Of a stretch of DNA of 64,000 nt, positions 1-11,619 are shown piece by piece. Source of the DNA: a cyanobacterium endosymbiont of Rhopalodia gibba (lineage in GTDB: Bacteria; Cyanobacteriota; Cyanobacteriia; Cyanobacteriales; Microcystaceae); the NCBI GenBank assembly GCA_045159875.1, contig CP067995.1:320001-384000 (forward strand), read 5' to 3'. The notes under the pieces are model-generated. The model was not told the origin of the DNA. It worked only from the letters and a program-made list of their open reading frames with translations, and searched no databases. Every line of letters begins with the position of its first letter. The first letter of the stretch is position 1. Both the position numbers and the translations under genes were made by a program.

Positions 1-1024
1 CATGTTAAAACGCCTTAAAGTTAATTGTGTAGTATAAAAGAATACATGAAAATATCTATTAGTATTTGAGATACTAACAATTTTATTGCTTACTGCTGGA
101 ATATATTGTTTCATTATTAGCTCAACCAGTAAGATGCTCGTAGAGCTTCTACAATCTCATTGTTAAAAACGACCAATAGATGAACTGTAAACTCAAACCT
201 GTAATTTTTTTTAAAAAACCATATTTTTACGCTTAAGCTGATATCGACTATTAAAATTTTTTCGTTTATTAACTTTAATATATCTAAATGAAAACCACTA
301 TGAGATAAAGAACAAATATAGATGAATCAACGATTTAAATCCATTTAAAATTTTAAAAATAGATCATTCGGATGATATTAGCTGATATATCTTAATCTCG
401 TTATACATTGATGATGAATTACTTATGAATATAGCAGAGTAAAGTTCGAGATTTATAACATTTTTCCCATAAGTAGAGATGCTTATTCATACCTAATAAC
501 TTTTGTTGCAAACGCAAAAAAAAATTTAGATAACTGTTTTACTTCTAAGGATTTAAATGGATTTAACTTTCTATTTCGTTACAGGTTTGTACATAGAGAA
601 TTAGTAAAAATACAGTAGAAGCTAAAATGAATAGAATAGGTTAATAGCGATAACGCCAAAAGTATTAACTAAAATGTATCCCCTTCTTTTGTTTCTTTAA
701 ATAAAAATTGACTACTTTTGGAAAATCATTTTATTCTGTTGTAGAGACTGATATAATTTCACAATCTTGTTTAGCAGTAGAAACCCGTTAATAATTTATA
801 AAAGTATCATCAAAGATCACGCACTTCATCAGTTAATCTCACCTGAACTGAATGAACTATAACATATCTTATTGCCTATAGAAACAAGCACTTGGAATCA
901 CTTTACTCAGGCATTCTCAAGAAATTATTGAACCTCGATAGATGGAAGTTATGAAGACTATTAAGTAAAAAGTTGCTCTGTTAGTTGGCAGTTAATGTTT
1001 GTTCCTTGTGTTCCCCACCCATAG

Positions 1025-1372
1025 TTACCTCTCACTGTACTTCTTTTTATTGCTCAAAGGTACACCTAAAGGAGATGAGCAGGATTTAGTTTTAACTTTA
1101 ACTGATTCATTAACCAATGTTTGACAGGATAAGCGATAATTATTGGGTTTTTTCTTAAGTGCGCGCTATTCAAGCTTTGTTCTTGGTGACAAATTTTCTA
1201 TACCTTCAACAATTTCTACGATACAAGTCTCACATTGACCATAACCCCCACAATTAATGAGTTTTCCCTTTAAAGTATAGAGATCAATCTGATTTTGCAG
1301 AGCCCTTTCTCTTAGGTTAGCTCCTTGAGCTGTTGCAACGTCTTTATTTTCCTTAACAAAAAAAATAGTCAT
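1025..1372 (-). pseudogene. 2Fe-2S ferredoxin (ssl3044-like) interrupted by one in-frame TAG
   Basis: [10 protein letters not shown] motif; TAG at 1166-1168, after which the same frame reads RALKKKPNNYRLSCQTLVNESVKVKTK, containing the 4th Cys ligand; next stop at 1025-1027. Confidence 0.85.
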
Positions 1373-1485
1373 CTGTCTTTATCATCCGAATTTAAGTTTT
1401 TAAGATTCTTCTATATTTTTAATAAGTTTTAACACTTGGCTAATCTTAACTAACAATTTTGTTTGAGTTAAGTAGTATCTATTAT

Positions 1486-2256
1486 CTATGTGCCTCTAAC
1501 GGGAACTTGGCGATCACGTAAGTATTCTTTTACTTCACCGATGGTTAACTTACCGCAATGAAGTAAAGAAGCTAATAAAGCAGCTTCAGCACGACCTTTA
1601 GAGAAGGATTCATAGATATGTTGACAATTTCCCGCTCCTCCAGAGGCAATTACTGGAATTTCTACCCGTTCAGCGATAGTGCGAATTAATTCCAGATCAT
1701 ATCCAGTCTGAGTTCCATCCGCATCCATACTGGTTACCAACAACTCCCCTGCACCCCGTCTTTCTACGTCTTGTGCCCACTCGATAGCATCTATCCCCGT
1801 ACCTTCTCGTCCTCCCCGCACATAGACCTCCCAGCCGTCATTATCAGGATATTTACGCCGTCTAGCATCAATAGCAACTACAATACACTGTTTACCAAAG
1901 CGATCGCTAGCACGGTTGATAAAATCTGGCTTACGAACAGCGGCGGAATTAATGCTAATTTTATCGGCTCCGGCCCTTAACAGATTTTTGATATTTTCTA
2001 TGGTTTGAATGCCACCCCCAACGGTTAAAGGAATAAAAATAGCTTCGGCAGTACGATAAACGACATCAATAATGGTGTCTCGTCCCTCATGAGTGGCAGT
2101 AATGTCGAGAAAGATTAATTCATCAGCCCCCGCATCATTGTAAACTTTGGCTAATTCCACAGGATCTCCAGCATCTTGGAGATTAATGAAATTAACGCCT
2201 TTGACCACGCGACCTGCACTAACATCGAGACAAGGTAAAATTCGTTTAGCTAACAT
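1486..2256 (-). CDS. hisF: Imidazole glycerol phosphate synthase cyclase subunit
   Basis: [31 protein letters not shown] motifs. Confidence 0.98.
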   Translation of the reverse strand: MLAKRILPCLDVSAGRVVKGVNFINLQDAGDPVELAKVYNDAGADELIFLDITATHEGRDTIIDVVYRTAEAIFIPLTVGGGIQTIENIKNLLRAGADKISINSAAVRKPDFINRASDRFGKQCIVVAIDARRRKYPDNDGWEVYVRGGREGTGIDAIEWAQDVERRGAGELLVTSMDADGTQTGYDLELIRTIAERVEIPVIASGGAGNCQHIYESFSKGRAEAALLASLLHCGKLTIGEVKEYLRDRQVPVRGT

Positions 2257-2343
2257 TTCGACGAGTTTTTTGGGGTAAATATGTAGTTTATTCTTAATAA
2301 TAAACTTAAAAAGTAATCACCGAAATCAGAGTTAATTTTCAGT

Positions 2344-3567
2344 TTAATTGTTCAGAGTTTCAATGTTTACTTCTCCTTTTTCGGTCATCCAAACGAGAGT
2401 TTTCACGTGACTTTTTAGCGCATAATTACGAATTTCTTCGGTAGAACGTCCCCCCAATTCTAGGGCTACTCTTAACTTTTCTGAGGACTGTCTAAGTTTT
2501 TGAGCATAATTCAAGGCCATTGATTGGGCGCGGGAAGTTTGAGCAATCACGAGAAAATCAATCACAGGAAGAGTTTGTGGCAAAATAACAGTGGTTAATA
2601 AATAAGTGTATAAGTCTTCAAGATTGAAAGAAAATCCAATACCTGGAGCTGATGTTTGTTGAGGATGGTAAACCCCAAGAAGTTTGTCATAGCGTCCTCC
2701 CTGACCTAAGATTTGTAATTGGTTGTTGCTTTTTCCCACAGCTTTAAACACAATTCCTGTATAGTAATCAAAAGTTTGAATTAAACTTAAATCCAAGGTA
2801 AATGGAAAAGGCTTTGGCCAGCTTGTTTCAATTAGTTCAACCAAGGATTTTAAATTATTAACACTTTTTTGTCCAGCCTGATTCAACTCTAATTGGACAA
2901 CTTTTTCGAGTACCTGAGCAGGAGTTCCCCGTAAATCAAACAATAATTTTCCTCGCTGTTGTAAGTCAATAGAAGGGTAGTCAAGATTTTCTAAGGTGAC
3001 ATAGTCAAGTTTAGCCAAACATTGACGCACTTGACTTTTGAGGGTACCTGGAAAGGGTTCAAGAAGCGATCTCGTCAAACTGGCTTCTCCTAAAATCAAA
3101 TGCCAATAGGGAGTTCCTAACTGTTCAAGACAATCAGCGACTAATAGTAAGATTTCCGCATCCGCTAACACTCCTCCCGAAAAAAGCAATTCTACCCCGG
3201 CTTGATAAAACTCTAATTGTTTTCCGTGATGACCCACCGGAGGATCTCGAAAAACATTTGCACGATAACAGAGGCGTTGGGGATAAGTAGTATCAGCCAT
3301 GCGAGTAACAGCAGTCCTGGCAATCGAGGCAGTTAGTTCTGGACGCAATCCTAATTGCCCGGCAGAACTATCCTGTAGTTGAATCACCGTTGAAGGATCA
3401 ATAGCTCCTCCGGCTATCAATGTTTCTAACCATTCAATGGTAGAAGTGACAACACGTTGATATCCCCATTGTCCAAAGACTTGTTGAAGAAGATCATTAA
3501 TCCAAGCCTTTTGTACAACTTCGAGGGGAAGTAAGTCTCTTGCTCCTGCGGGTGGTTGATGAATCAT
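2344..3567 (-). CDS. hisZ: ATP phosphoribosyltransferase regulatory subunit
   Basis: MIHQPPAGARDLLP start (ATG at 3567 preferred over 3609), LRPELTASIAR, FDYYTG, GGRYD. Confidence 0.95.
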   Translation of the reverse strand: MIHQPPAGARDLLPLEVVQKAWINDLLQQVFGQWGYQRVVTSTIEWLETLIAGGAIDPSTVIQLQDSSAGQLGLRPELTASIARTAVTRMADTTYPQRLCYRANVFRDPPVGHHGKQLEFYQAGVELLFSGGVLADAEILLLVADCLEQLGTPYWHLILGEASLTRSLLEPFPGTLKSQVRQCLAKLDYVTLENLDYPSIDLQQRGKLLFDLRGTPAQVLEKVVQLELNQAGQKSVNNLKSLVELIETSWPKPFPFTLDLSLIQTFDYYTGIVFKAVGKSNNQLQILGQGGRYDKLLGVYHPQQTSAPGIGFSFNLEDLYTYLLTTVILPQTLPVIDFLVIAQTSRAQSMALNYAQKLRQSSEKLRVALELGGRSTEEIRNYALKSHVKTLVWMTEKGEVNIETLNN

Positions 3568-3599
3568 AGTTTTCTTTTGCCTGTTGCTTGCTTTGTATT

Positions 3600-4562
3600 G
3601 TTTTGCCACATAAAGGGGAGGTTAAAGCCCTGTCTTTTAGCCTAGCGTAGCATTGCCTTTTACTAGTGGAGTAGGAACTACTTTTTTGTCCAAAACAAAG
3701 AGTCAAAAAATTCTCCCTCAATTGATTTATCAGAAGATTGATTTTTGTCATTGCTCATCAGTTGAGCAAGAGATTTTTTAGCTTAAATACCCACCAATTG
3801 TTTAGAGTTGACTTGCGATATAAACCTTGGATATGATGAGTCATTTTTCTTCAAAAGAAGCCAATTCTAATGCTCCATGACATACTGAATTACTTAGTTC
3901 AGTTTTCAGGGCTTCTCGTAATTCTATAATGGCTTGGGATATTATATTCTTGAGGCTCAAGATATCAACGTGCCCGTCGAATAACAGAATAAACAACAAA
4001 AATAAGAGTTTTTTCAATCTCTAGCGGTTGTTTCGGGTATTCTAGATCTAGGCAGTGTAGGAGAAGATTTAATCCTATTTTTTTTCTTTACCGTATTCAT
4101 TATTTAGATAAACTAAATTTAATTCATTAAGTTAGACAGTTTTTACCAATGTTTAATCCAAGTCCTGATATTGTTCATAAGTTAAGGACTTAATTAACTT
4201 TTAGAGAAAATAAATGAGTGTTTTGAGTCAATGTAACTTGAAACAATTTGTAGGTAGTTTTAGTCCCTAAGGTAAAATACTGCTCAATATATCTAGCTAA
4301 ATACAGACCATTTGAGCTGGCTTTTCCAGAGCGTTTTCTAGGCAAGATTAACTTAGTTTTTATAACAACTTATTTTCTAGCTTTTTCCTGTTTTACCTTT
4401 ACAGGTATCAGAACGAAGACAAAAATATAAACATAAAGTAACTTTCAGGTAACGTTGGCTAATTTGCTTGATATTTAAATCCATCGGAAGTCCAAGAATT
4501 GTATCGTAATAGTGGTCGATGAGATCGTATTTAAATAGTCCTTATTAAATAGAAAAGCTCAC
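3600..4562 (-). pseudogene. Degraded J-domain + TPR protein
   Basis: Manual translation MSFSI**GLFKYDLIDHYYDTILGLPMDLNIKQISQRYLKV...LRSDTCK (HPD changed to RSD); later QAIIELREALKTELSNSVCHGAL (TPR-like); many stops and frameshifts; 3' end approximate. Confidence 0.8.
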
Positions 4563-4680
4563 ACCAAATTCACAGCGCACCCCTTCAGTGACTGAAACTT
4601 CTCTTTTTTCTTATGTTGTTTCTACTGTATCTTCAAATACCAAATTTCTAGCTGTATAATTAGAACCATCTAGTGCTCAA

Positions 4681-5523
4681 CTATAGTGATTTTACTTGAT
4701 AAAAATTCTGTAGCCAGGGCAATGCTCCATCTAAAGCTTGACTCAAAACATGATGAATATGCCCGTTAGTAGCTAATAATCTCCCTGACTTAAGAATTAA
4801 AGTACTCTCATCATAAGCAGAGATTTTTCCCCCTGCTTCTTCTAAAATGATAATTCCTGCGCTAATATCCCAAGGTTTTAATCCTCTTTCCCAATACCCA
4901 TCGAGACGGCCACAAGCTACATTGGCTAAGTCAAGGGCGGCTGATCCTGCACGGCGCACCCCTTGAGTTATATGAGTTAAGTAACAAAATTCAGGATAGT
5001 TAGTATCTTGAGTCTCTCGGCGATCATAAGGAAATCCTGTGACTAGCAAACTATTACTTAATTCTGTGGTTTTGGAAACTCGAATAGGACGATAATTAAG
5101 GGTGGCTCCTAATCCTTTGGAGGCTCTAAATAACTCCTTTCTAAAGGGATCATAGATGGCTCCCACTTGGGGAATTCCCTCTATCAATAACCCGACAGAT
5201 ACGGCGTAAATAGGATAGCCATGGGCATAATTGGTGGTTCCATCGAGAGGATCAATTACCCAAAGATAATCACTCTCAGCTACTCCTAAGAGACCAGATT
5301 CTTCGGCTAAAATTTTATGTTGAGGAACTCGACGACGTAGAATATTTAAGATAGCTGCTTCCGCTGTTTTATCAGCTTCGGTTACTAAATCTCCAGGACG
5401 ACCTTTTTCCTCAATTTTTTCTAATTTACCCCAAAGATCTTGTAAAATTACTCCAGCATTCATCACCGCTTCTGTGGCAACCTCTAAGAGTATTTCTAGT
5501 TCGTTTTGACTTAGTTTATGCAT
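4681..5523 (-). CDS. suhB: Inositol monophosphatase family protein
   Basis: DLVTEAD, WVIDPLDGTTNYAHG, RRAGSAALDL, WDISAG. Confidence 0.93.
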   Translation of the reverse strand: MHKLSQNELEILLEVATEAVMNAGVILQDLWGKLEKIEEKGRPGDLVTEADKTAEAAILNILRRRVPQHKILAEESGLLGVAESDYLWVIDPLDGTTNYAHGYPIYAVSVGLLIEGIPQVGAIYDPFRKELFRASKGLGATLNYRPIRVSKTTELSNSLLVTGFPYDRRETQDTNYPEFCYLTHITQGVRRAGSAALDLANVACGRLDGYWERGLKPWDISAGIIILEEAGGKISAYDESTLILKSGRLLATNGHIHHVLSQALDGALPWLQNFYQVKSL

Positions 5524-5639
5524 GATTAATAGTTAACAATGAACGATTATTTAATTATCTCTATTTTTTCCCAAAAATTGAGGAGATAATTGCTTATCAT
5601 TTATTAATTTAATTATTATACATAAAAAATATAATTTTT

Positions 5640-5974
5640 TTTTCCTTTTCTAAAATGTTATTCAAATTGAATATCATAAACTTCATCTTTATTTTGAGTT
5701 TCTATTTCTAAGCCATATCAAGCATAACTCACACACAATAAAACATAACCTTTGTATTTCAATTTTGGAGATAATTCCACAGCTTCAAGTTAATAGACTT
5801 GTCCTGATAAAATATCTACAACACAGGCAGTACAAGCCCCATTTCTACACAAAAAAGCAAATGCTCTCCTTGTTCTTCCACGTTATGAAGAATTTAGTGA
5901 TTATCGAGGACTTCTAAGGTATATTTTTTTCTTTCTTGAGGATGGTTAATACGAACTGTATGGTAACCGTTCAT
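5640..5974 (-). pseudogene. Fed2/FdC2-type (sll1382-like) 2Fe-2S ferredoxin pseudogene
   Basis: MNGYHTVRINHPQERKKYTLEVLDNH*ILHNVEEQGEHL / CRNGACTACVVDILSGQVY*LEAVELSPKLKYKGYVLLCVSYA*YGLEIETQNKDEVYDIQF: CRNGACTAC and the C-terminal EVYxxQF extension; several stops and a frameshift. Confidence 0.88.
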
Positions 5975-6138
5975 AGCTATACAAAACAGAGTACTAGTGA
6001 CAGTAGGAACAAACCTAGAGCTGATAATAACTCCGCTTTTTCTCTATGATAAACTTTCTTTCTTTTTTCGTAAATAATTAAGCTATTAAAACATTAATAT
6101 AAATTAAGTCCTTGATTATTTATCAGGTCAATTAATGT

Positions 6139-6969
6139 TTACTTGCAAAAATTTAACTTTTCTTGGATCGCCATAGCTAATTGAACATGAAGCTTATGAC
6201 TTGCTTTGTAGGCTAAAAAATGCCCTTGAGGAATGGTTCCTAATAAACTCAAATCCCCAATTAAATCTAATAATTTATGACGGGCAGGTTCATTCTCAAA
6301 TCTCAAAGGGAGATTCAACCATTTTTCGTGATCACACACCAAGGCATTTTCTAAACTCCCTCCCTGAATTAAACCTGCCTTTTGTAGTTTTTCAATTTGA
6401 TCAGCAAAACCAAAAGTTCTAGCAGGGGCGATTGCCTCTTCAAAGGATTCTATCCTAGGATTCCAACTGTACCACTGATTGCCAATAGCAGAGTAAGGAA
6501 AATCAATTCCATAGGTAAAGCGAATCTCAGAGGCAGGTACAGCAGCTACAAAAGCATCTCCATCCCTAATCCAAACCGGTTCTAATAAGGGAGAACCGGC
6601 GGACAGGGAAGAAGGACTAACACCCCCCTGAATCATCGCTTTAAACCATTCTTTAGCAGATCCATCCAATAACGGTACTTCTGGCCCATCAATTTCAATA
6701 CGGGCATCTTCAAGCCCAATGGCAATTAATGCGGATAGAAGATGTTCGACCGTACGAATGGCTACCTTTCCTTTACCTAATTCTGTTGATAAAGTCGTCT
6801 GACTAACTGAAGCTACCTCAGCACGAATTATAGGATTTTCTGGTAAATCTACCCTAACAAAATAGCGACCTTCTCCTGAAGGTGCAGGTAAAATACTTAC
6901 TTGAGTTTCCACCCCAGAATGTAACCCAACTCCTGATACTGTAATAACTTCTTTAACCGTAGAACTCAT
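6139..6969 (-). CDS. lpxC: UDP-3-O-acyl-GlcNAc deacetylase
   Basis: [36 protein letters not shown] at 6969 preferred. Confidence 0.97.
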   Translation of the reverse strand: MSSTVKEVITVSGVGLHSGVETQVSILPAPSGEGRYFVRVDLPENPIIRAEVASVSQTTLSTELGKGKVAIRTVEHLLSALIAIGLEDARIEIDGPEVPLLDGSAKEWFKAMIQGGVSPSSLSAGSPLLEPVWIRDGDAFVAAVPASEIRFTYGIDFPYSAIGNQWYSWNPRIESFEEAIAPARTFGFADQIEKLQKAGLIQGGSLENALVCDHEKWLNLPLRFENEPARHKLLDLIGDLSLLGTIPQGHFLAYKASHKLHVQLAMAIQEKLNFCK

Positions 6970-7039
6970 AATTATCCTCACTGCTATTAAGGGATAAAGA
7001 ATAGACAATCATCAATTACTATTTGTTCAAATATAATCT

Positions 7040-7813
7040 ATGTTACTTATTTAATCTCTAATTTTAATACTTCAGCTACTTGTGAGACCGTTAATCCTGA
7101 TTTGAGTAAACACAGAGAATAGAAGTTATCTTAGCGGCTAATTTTCTTTCTCATAGTCCTTCTTCATGTATATTTTAAAAGCATGGAGTTTATTTCAATA
7201 CATCTACACTAAAGATGCTATGCCCTCTACCTCCTGACAAGTCAAACGGGGTAATTTCTAAAAAAGAATCGTTCTATTAATTGCTATTAATTGAAAAAAA
7301 CTTGAAGTTAGTTAGGGTTTTCCTCAACTCTTTGAATAAATGAGCCGACGTTCGTTATTAATTGCGTTTTTGGACTTGTAATTAATCGTACCGTAGCTAA
7401 CCAAATATAAAATTGGTTGATCTACTTTAATTTTTTTAAAAAATTAAAGTAGATCAACCAGATTATAATCAGTCCCTATATCATTAAATCTTAGTTGTAT
7501 ATCCGACGATTAGGAGCAATTACATTCTTTTGCTAATTATTATTTATATTGGTTTTACTTATAGTAAAAAAATCGGCGAAGTACCAACCGTCTATAAAAT
7601 ATATTGTTAGTTCTAAATCAAACTTTACAGAAATAAATTGGAAGAGTTTTATTTAACATTTTTACGAAGAAAAACTCCATCAATCCGAAAAGCAAGTTGT
7701 TTAACTTTCACCGAATCAAGACGATAATCTTGCCCTCCAATTAAAGTGATTTGAAGTAATTTAAGAAAAATCGAGGGGAAAATTAAGAAAAATAATAAAA
7801 TCTGGTTTTTCAT
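7040..7813 (-). pseudogene. Rpn family recombination-promoting nuclease (DUF2887-like) pseudogene
   Basis: FPSIFLKLL...DYRLDSVKVKQLAFRIDGVFF...PIYFCKV*F; LATVRLITSP; KLPRLTCQEVE; LLKSGLTVSQVAEVLKL; its ATG overlaps the omp85 stop (TAATG). Confidence 0.85.
7414..7460. repeat. 47-bp palindrome, perfect 23-bp arms, 1-nt spacer
   Basis: TGGTTGATCTACTTTAATTTTTT-T-AAAAAATTAAAGTAGATCAACCA. Confidence 0.95.
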
Positions 7814-10197
7814 TAAAACCTTTCCCCAATACCAAAGTGAAGGCGAGAATCTCCCTCATTATTAACCCCATAGTCAACCCGAATTGGTCCAACTGGCGAT
7901 TGAATACGAACACCAAGGCCGTAACCATAACCATCACTAGGCAATCCTCGAATTGTGCCTGGAAATCCTCTTACTGAGCGTTGAGACTTAATTGTTGTCC
8001 CATAGTCAACAAAGACGGCTGCTCCAACTGCTGGAATTATAGGAAAGCGGTATTCTGCTGTTGCTTGGAAATAACTACGTCCATTTCCTAATTCTCCTTC
8101 ATCGTAACCACGCACCGAGTTACTTCCCCCAATAACAAAGGCTTCATAAGGAGGTAAATCCTCGAAAACTGTTCCGGCTTGGAAATTAAAGGCTAATGCT
8201 TGAGGTTTTGGTTGATCCTCATCAATAAAGCCTAAATCGATAAAATCTACAGGGATATAGTGACTATAGCTTCCTCGTAATCGGGTAAAGAAAATACTGC
8301 CTGAACCTACGGGTATAGTTTGTTCGACTCCTAATCGTAACAGATGACCACTCGTAGGACGTAATGGATTGTTACGAAAGTCCTGAGAAGCTCCAAAACT
8401 GATAGTAAACAGGTCATCCTTTCCCTCATCACTAAAGGCTAAGGGTTGAGAGGGAAAACCATTAAGAGGGGCTGACAAAGGCGCAATATCACCCTCCGCA
8501 TTTTCCACTTGAACCCGTTGATAGTTAAAGCCTAGGGATGTTCGCCAATCGGGTACACTGAAGGCATCATCCGCTAAAGGCCGTACAAAAGTTACCCCAC
8601 CCCCAGTCCGAACTACTCGTGGACTATCAAAGTCGTTGAGGGTTCTAATCGAAGAATCATCTCCATCAAAGACTAGAGAAATAGTCCGTCTACGAAATCC
8701 ATTAACCGTATAAGCCGTACGAAAAGGATCACCAGCAATCCAAGGATCGGTGAAATTGACATCAAAGAGTAATTCCCGTTCTCCAACTTGAACCTCACCC
8801 CCAATAGTTTGGTTATTTCCTCCTAGGTTTTGCTCTTGATAACTGACTGTTCCAAACAGTCCGCTAGTGGAACTAATCCCAGCTCCTGCAGCTAGAGATC
8901 CAGTATTTCCTTCTACTACATCCACATTAACAATAACTTCTCGCGGATCTTCTCCAGGGCTAAAAGAAATTCTGACATCTTCAAACAACCCTAAACTAAA
9001 TACTCTTTGCAAATCAGTTTGAGCGATTCTGCGGTTAAAAACATTCCCTGGTTCGAGTTGCATCTCACGAGTCACAATAAAAGAGCGTGTTCGACCATTA
9101 ATGGGTTCATCTTCTGCATCGAAAAATCTCACTTGTACGTCTTGAATTACCCCTTCAGATACCACTAGGGTTACAATTCCATCATCCCCAACTTTAGGAG
9201 AACCAATAACCTGGGCTAGATCATAGCCTTGTTCAGAATACCATTCATTAAGTTTTTGGATGCCGTTTTGTAATTCTCGTAGGTTAAGAATTGTTCTATA
9301 CTGCTCCCCAAAAATATCCTCAACAACTTCAGGTGGTAATGCTCTAGCTTCCTTATCTGTACCTGTTTCTACGATGACTTCACTCAGAGTTGGGTTAGGT
9401 TGCACATCGAAGGTAATGCGTACCCCTAAAGGTGTATCGGCAGGGGTAACTTTAACATTAGAAAAGAATCCAGTGGCATAAATTGCATTGACATCCTCTT
9501 GCAGCAGAGAGCGAGTAGCTGTTCGTCCTGGCCTAGTTTGAACAGTGTTATAGACTAGATTTCCTAGGTCTTCATCAACGCCACTAACTAAAACTTCTAC
9601 CACTAAAACCTTAGGTTCTTCCCCTGATACTTCTTCAATTAAAGGACTATCTGACGAGGATGGTTCAATAGGAGTTGGGATTTCCTGTGAGGTTGGTAAG
9701 TCCTCCGTTTCGGGTAATTTCATCTCAGATACTTTAATTTGCCCTTGAATATCCGTTGAAGAAGTTAAATCTGCCGCAATCACCTTCTTTAACTTGGAAA
9801 CCAAAGGAGTTTCCTGTTCTAAGGCTGATGAAATCTGAAAGTCTAAATATCCTGAGGTTACAGGCATTATTAATGCCGGAGTTTCTTGGGAAACAGCTGA
9901 ATAATGAGCCTTTAAATCTGTCAGAGAGGTTCTATCGCTTTCAGTAACGTCTTCCAATATAGAAACCGACGTAGATGCTAGTGCAGCTTTCCCCAGTATG
10001 ATGGAATTAGAGTCCATCATGCCCACTATAGTCTCTGAATTTTCCTCTTCGATAGTTCTTTCAATTAAAGGGACTATAGTTTCTCCCCTAATAGACTGGG
10101 CCAAGTTTAACACAGTGGCAGTCACGAAAGAAACTACCACCATAGGAGATAACCGTAATTTTTTAATCTCGTTTGACACTTCCACACACCCAATCAA
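7813..10197 (-). CDS. bamA: Omp85/BamA (Toc75-like) outer-membrane assembly protein
   Basis: Low-complexity N-terminus, POTRA repeats, SVRGY motif, C-terminal HFGIGERF; start uncertain. Confidence 0.93.
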   Translation of the reverse strand: MIGCVEVSNEIKKLRLSPMVVVSFVTATVLNLAQSIRGETIVPLIERTIEEENSETIVGMMDSNSIILGKAALASTSVSILEDVTESDRTSLTDLKAHYSAVSQETPALIMPVTSGYLDFQISSALEQETPLVSKLKKVIAADLTSSTDIQGQIKVSEMKLPETEDLPTSQEIPTPIEPSSSDSPLIEEVSGEEPKVLVVEVLVSGVDEDLGNLVYNTVQTRPGRTATRSLLQEDVNAIYATGFFSNVKVTPADTPLGVRITFDVQPNPTLSEVIVETGTDKEARALPPEVVEDIFGEQYRTILNLRELQNGIQKLNEWYSEQGYDLAQVIGSPKVGDDGIVTLVVSEGVIQDVQVRFFDAEDEPINGRTRSFIVTREMQLEPGNVFNRRIAQTDLQRVFSLGLFEDVRISFSPGEDPREVIVNVDVVEGNTGSLAAGAGISSTSGLFGTVSYQEQNLGGNNQTIGGEVQVGERELLFDVNFTDPWIAGDPFRTAYTVNGFRRRTISLVFDGDDSSIRTLNDFDSPRVVRTGGGVTFVRPLADDAFSVPDWRTSLGFNYQRVQVENAEGDIAPLSAPLNGFPSQPLAFSDEGKDDLFTISFGASQDFRNNPLRPTSGHLLRLGVEQTIPVGSGSIFFTRLRGSYSHYIPVDFIDLGFIDEDQPKPQALAFNFQAGTVFEDLPPYEAFVIGGSNSVRGYDEGELGNGRSYFQATAEYRFPIIPAVGAAVFVDYGTTIKSQRSVRGFPGTIRGLPSDGYGYGLGVRIQSPVGPIRVDYGVNNEGDSRLHFGIGERF

Positions 10198-10329
10198 GCT
10201 ACAGCGTTGTTTATTGTATTTATATTGTTGTTATTGACTCATAATAGCTGACAGAGTGCCTAAGCAACCGAGCTAAATTATCGAATCTAGTGACCAGAGC
10301 TACTCGCAAAGGTTCCAATGTCAGGGACT

Positions 10330-11055
10330 TTATCTGATATCTAATTTTTCTAAAACCCTTTGTTGAACCTGCTGATAGGCTGCTTCCACTCTTCCTAAGT
10401 CGTGCCGAAATCGATCTTTATCCAAAACTCTATCTCGGAGATTTTTTGTTTGTTGATCCCACAAACGACAGGTATCAGGACTAATTTCATCAGCTAGAAG
10501 GAGGTTTCCTTGAGGATCTAAACCAAATTCTAATTTGAAATCTACTAATGTAATCTGGCAACTAGCAAAAAACTCTGTCAAATATTGATTGATTCTCAAG
10601 GCTATTGACTGAAGTTTTTCAAGTTGTTTTGGGGAGGCTAATTCCAGTAGCAGTAGACGATCAAGGGTTAATAATGGATCTCCAAGTTCGTCGTTTTTTA
10701 AATAAAATTCCACCAGTGGAAAGGGTAAGATTTTACCTTCGATTAAGCCTGTTTGTCGGCACAGACTCCCCGCAGCAATATTTCTAACAACTACTTCAAT
10801 TGGGAAAATTTTGACAGCACGGATGTGCATTTCACGATGAGCAGGTTGATCAATAAAATGGGTAGCAATATCCTTAGATTCTAGCCATTTGAATAAAGCT
10901 GAGGAAATTTGACAGTTAATTTCTCCTTTTCCCTGTATAGTGCCTTTTTTTGAGGAATTAAAGGCTGTTACATCATCTTTGAATTGAGTAAGAAGAATTT
11001 CTGGATCATCGGTAGTATAAATAATCTTGGCTTTTCCTTCATAGAGCTTTTTCAT
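10330..11055 (-). CDS. purC: SAICAR synthase
   Basis: LYEGKAK, EVVVRNIAAGS, VDFKLEFG, ADEISPDTCRLWD. Confidence 0.98.
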   Translation of the reverse strand: MKKLYEGKAKIIYTTDDPEILLTQFKDDVTAFNSSKKGTIQGKGEINCQISSALFKWLESKDIATHFIDQPAHREMHIRAVKIFPIEVVVRNIAAGSLCRQTGLIEGKILPFPLVEFYLKNDELGDPLLTLDRLLLLELASPKQLEKLQSIALRINQYLTEFFASCQITLVDFKLEFGLDPQGNLLLADEISPDTCRLWDQQTKNLRDRVLDKDRFRHDLGRVEAAYQQVQQRVLEKLDIR

Positions 11056-11619
11056 TCGTTGTTTATCCTTATTAGTAGTCGGTGAGTCGTTCTAGGCTAT
11101 AGTATTTCAGTGTAAAGATTTCTCTTGATTCTGACTCAATACAGTTTATTTAAGTTTTGATTAAAGGTAGTTTTTTTGCTTATCATCTGTTACCAACTTC
11201 AATAATAGTTCCCCTATTGATGAAAGACTATAACTCTCTATTCTTAGTAAGTAGGCATTGATAAACACATTAGAGTCTACCTCACAAAAGTTATAAACGC
11301 TACACTTTAGTTCAGAAATGTTAAAAATAAATTCGATCATTGAGTGAACTATGGAAAGACAAGTAACTAGTATTTTAGAATTAACTCAAGTTTATTAATA
11401 GCTTTTAACTTTAGTAGTCGGAGAAACTATGTTCTATAAACTAGTTATAGATTTAAAAATATTATATATTTTTCAATGAAAATAAATAATACCAACACAG
11501 GTTTTTATTGAATAAAAATTAGTCGAACTTATAGTAACAAGTCATCAAAAATTACGCCTAAATACTAACAGATATTAAGACCTTACCCATTGATTATCTA
11601 TGTTTTAACTCACACAATA

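Noticed and set aside
942..1065. MEV...LFLVFPT stretch vaguely like PsbM near the ferredoxin
   Set aside because: Similarity too weak, contains stops, orientation not as expected
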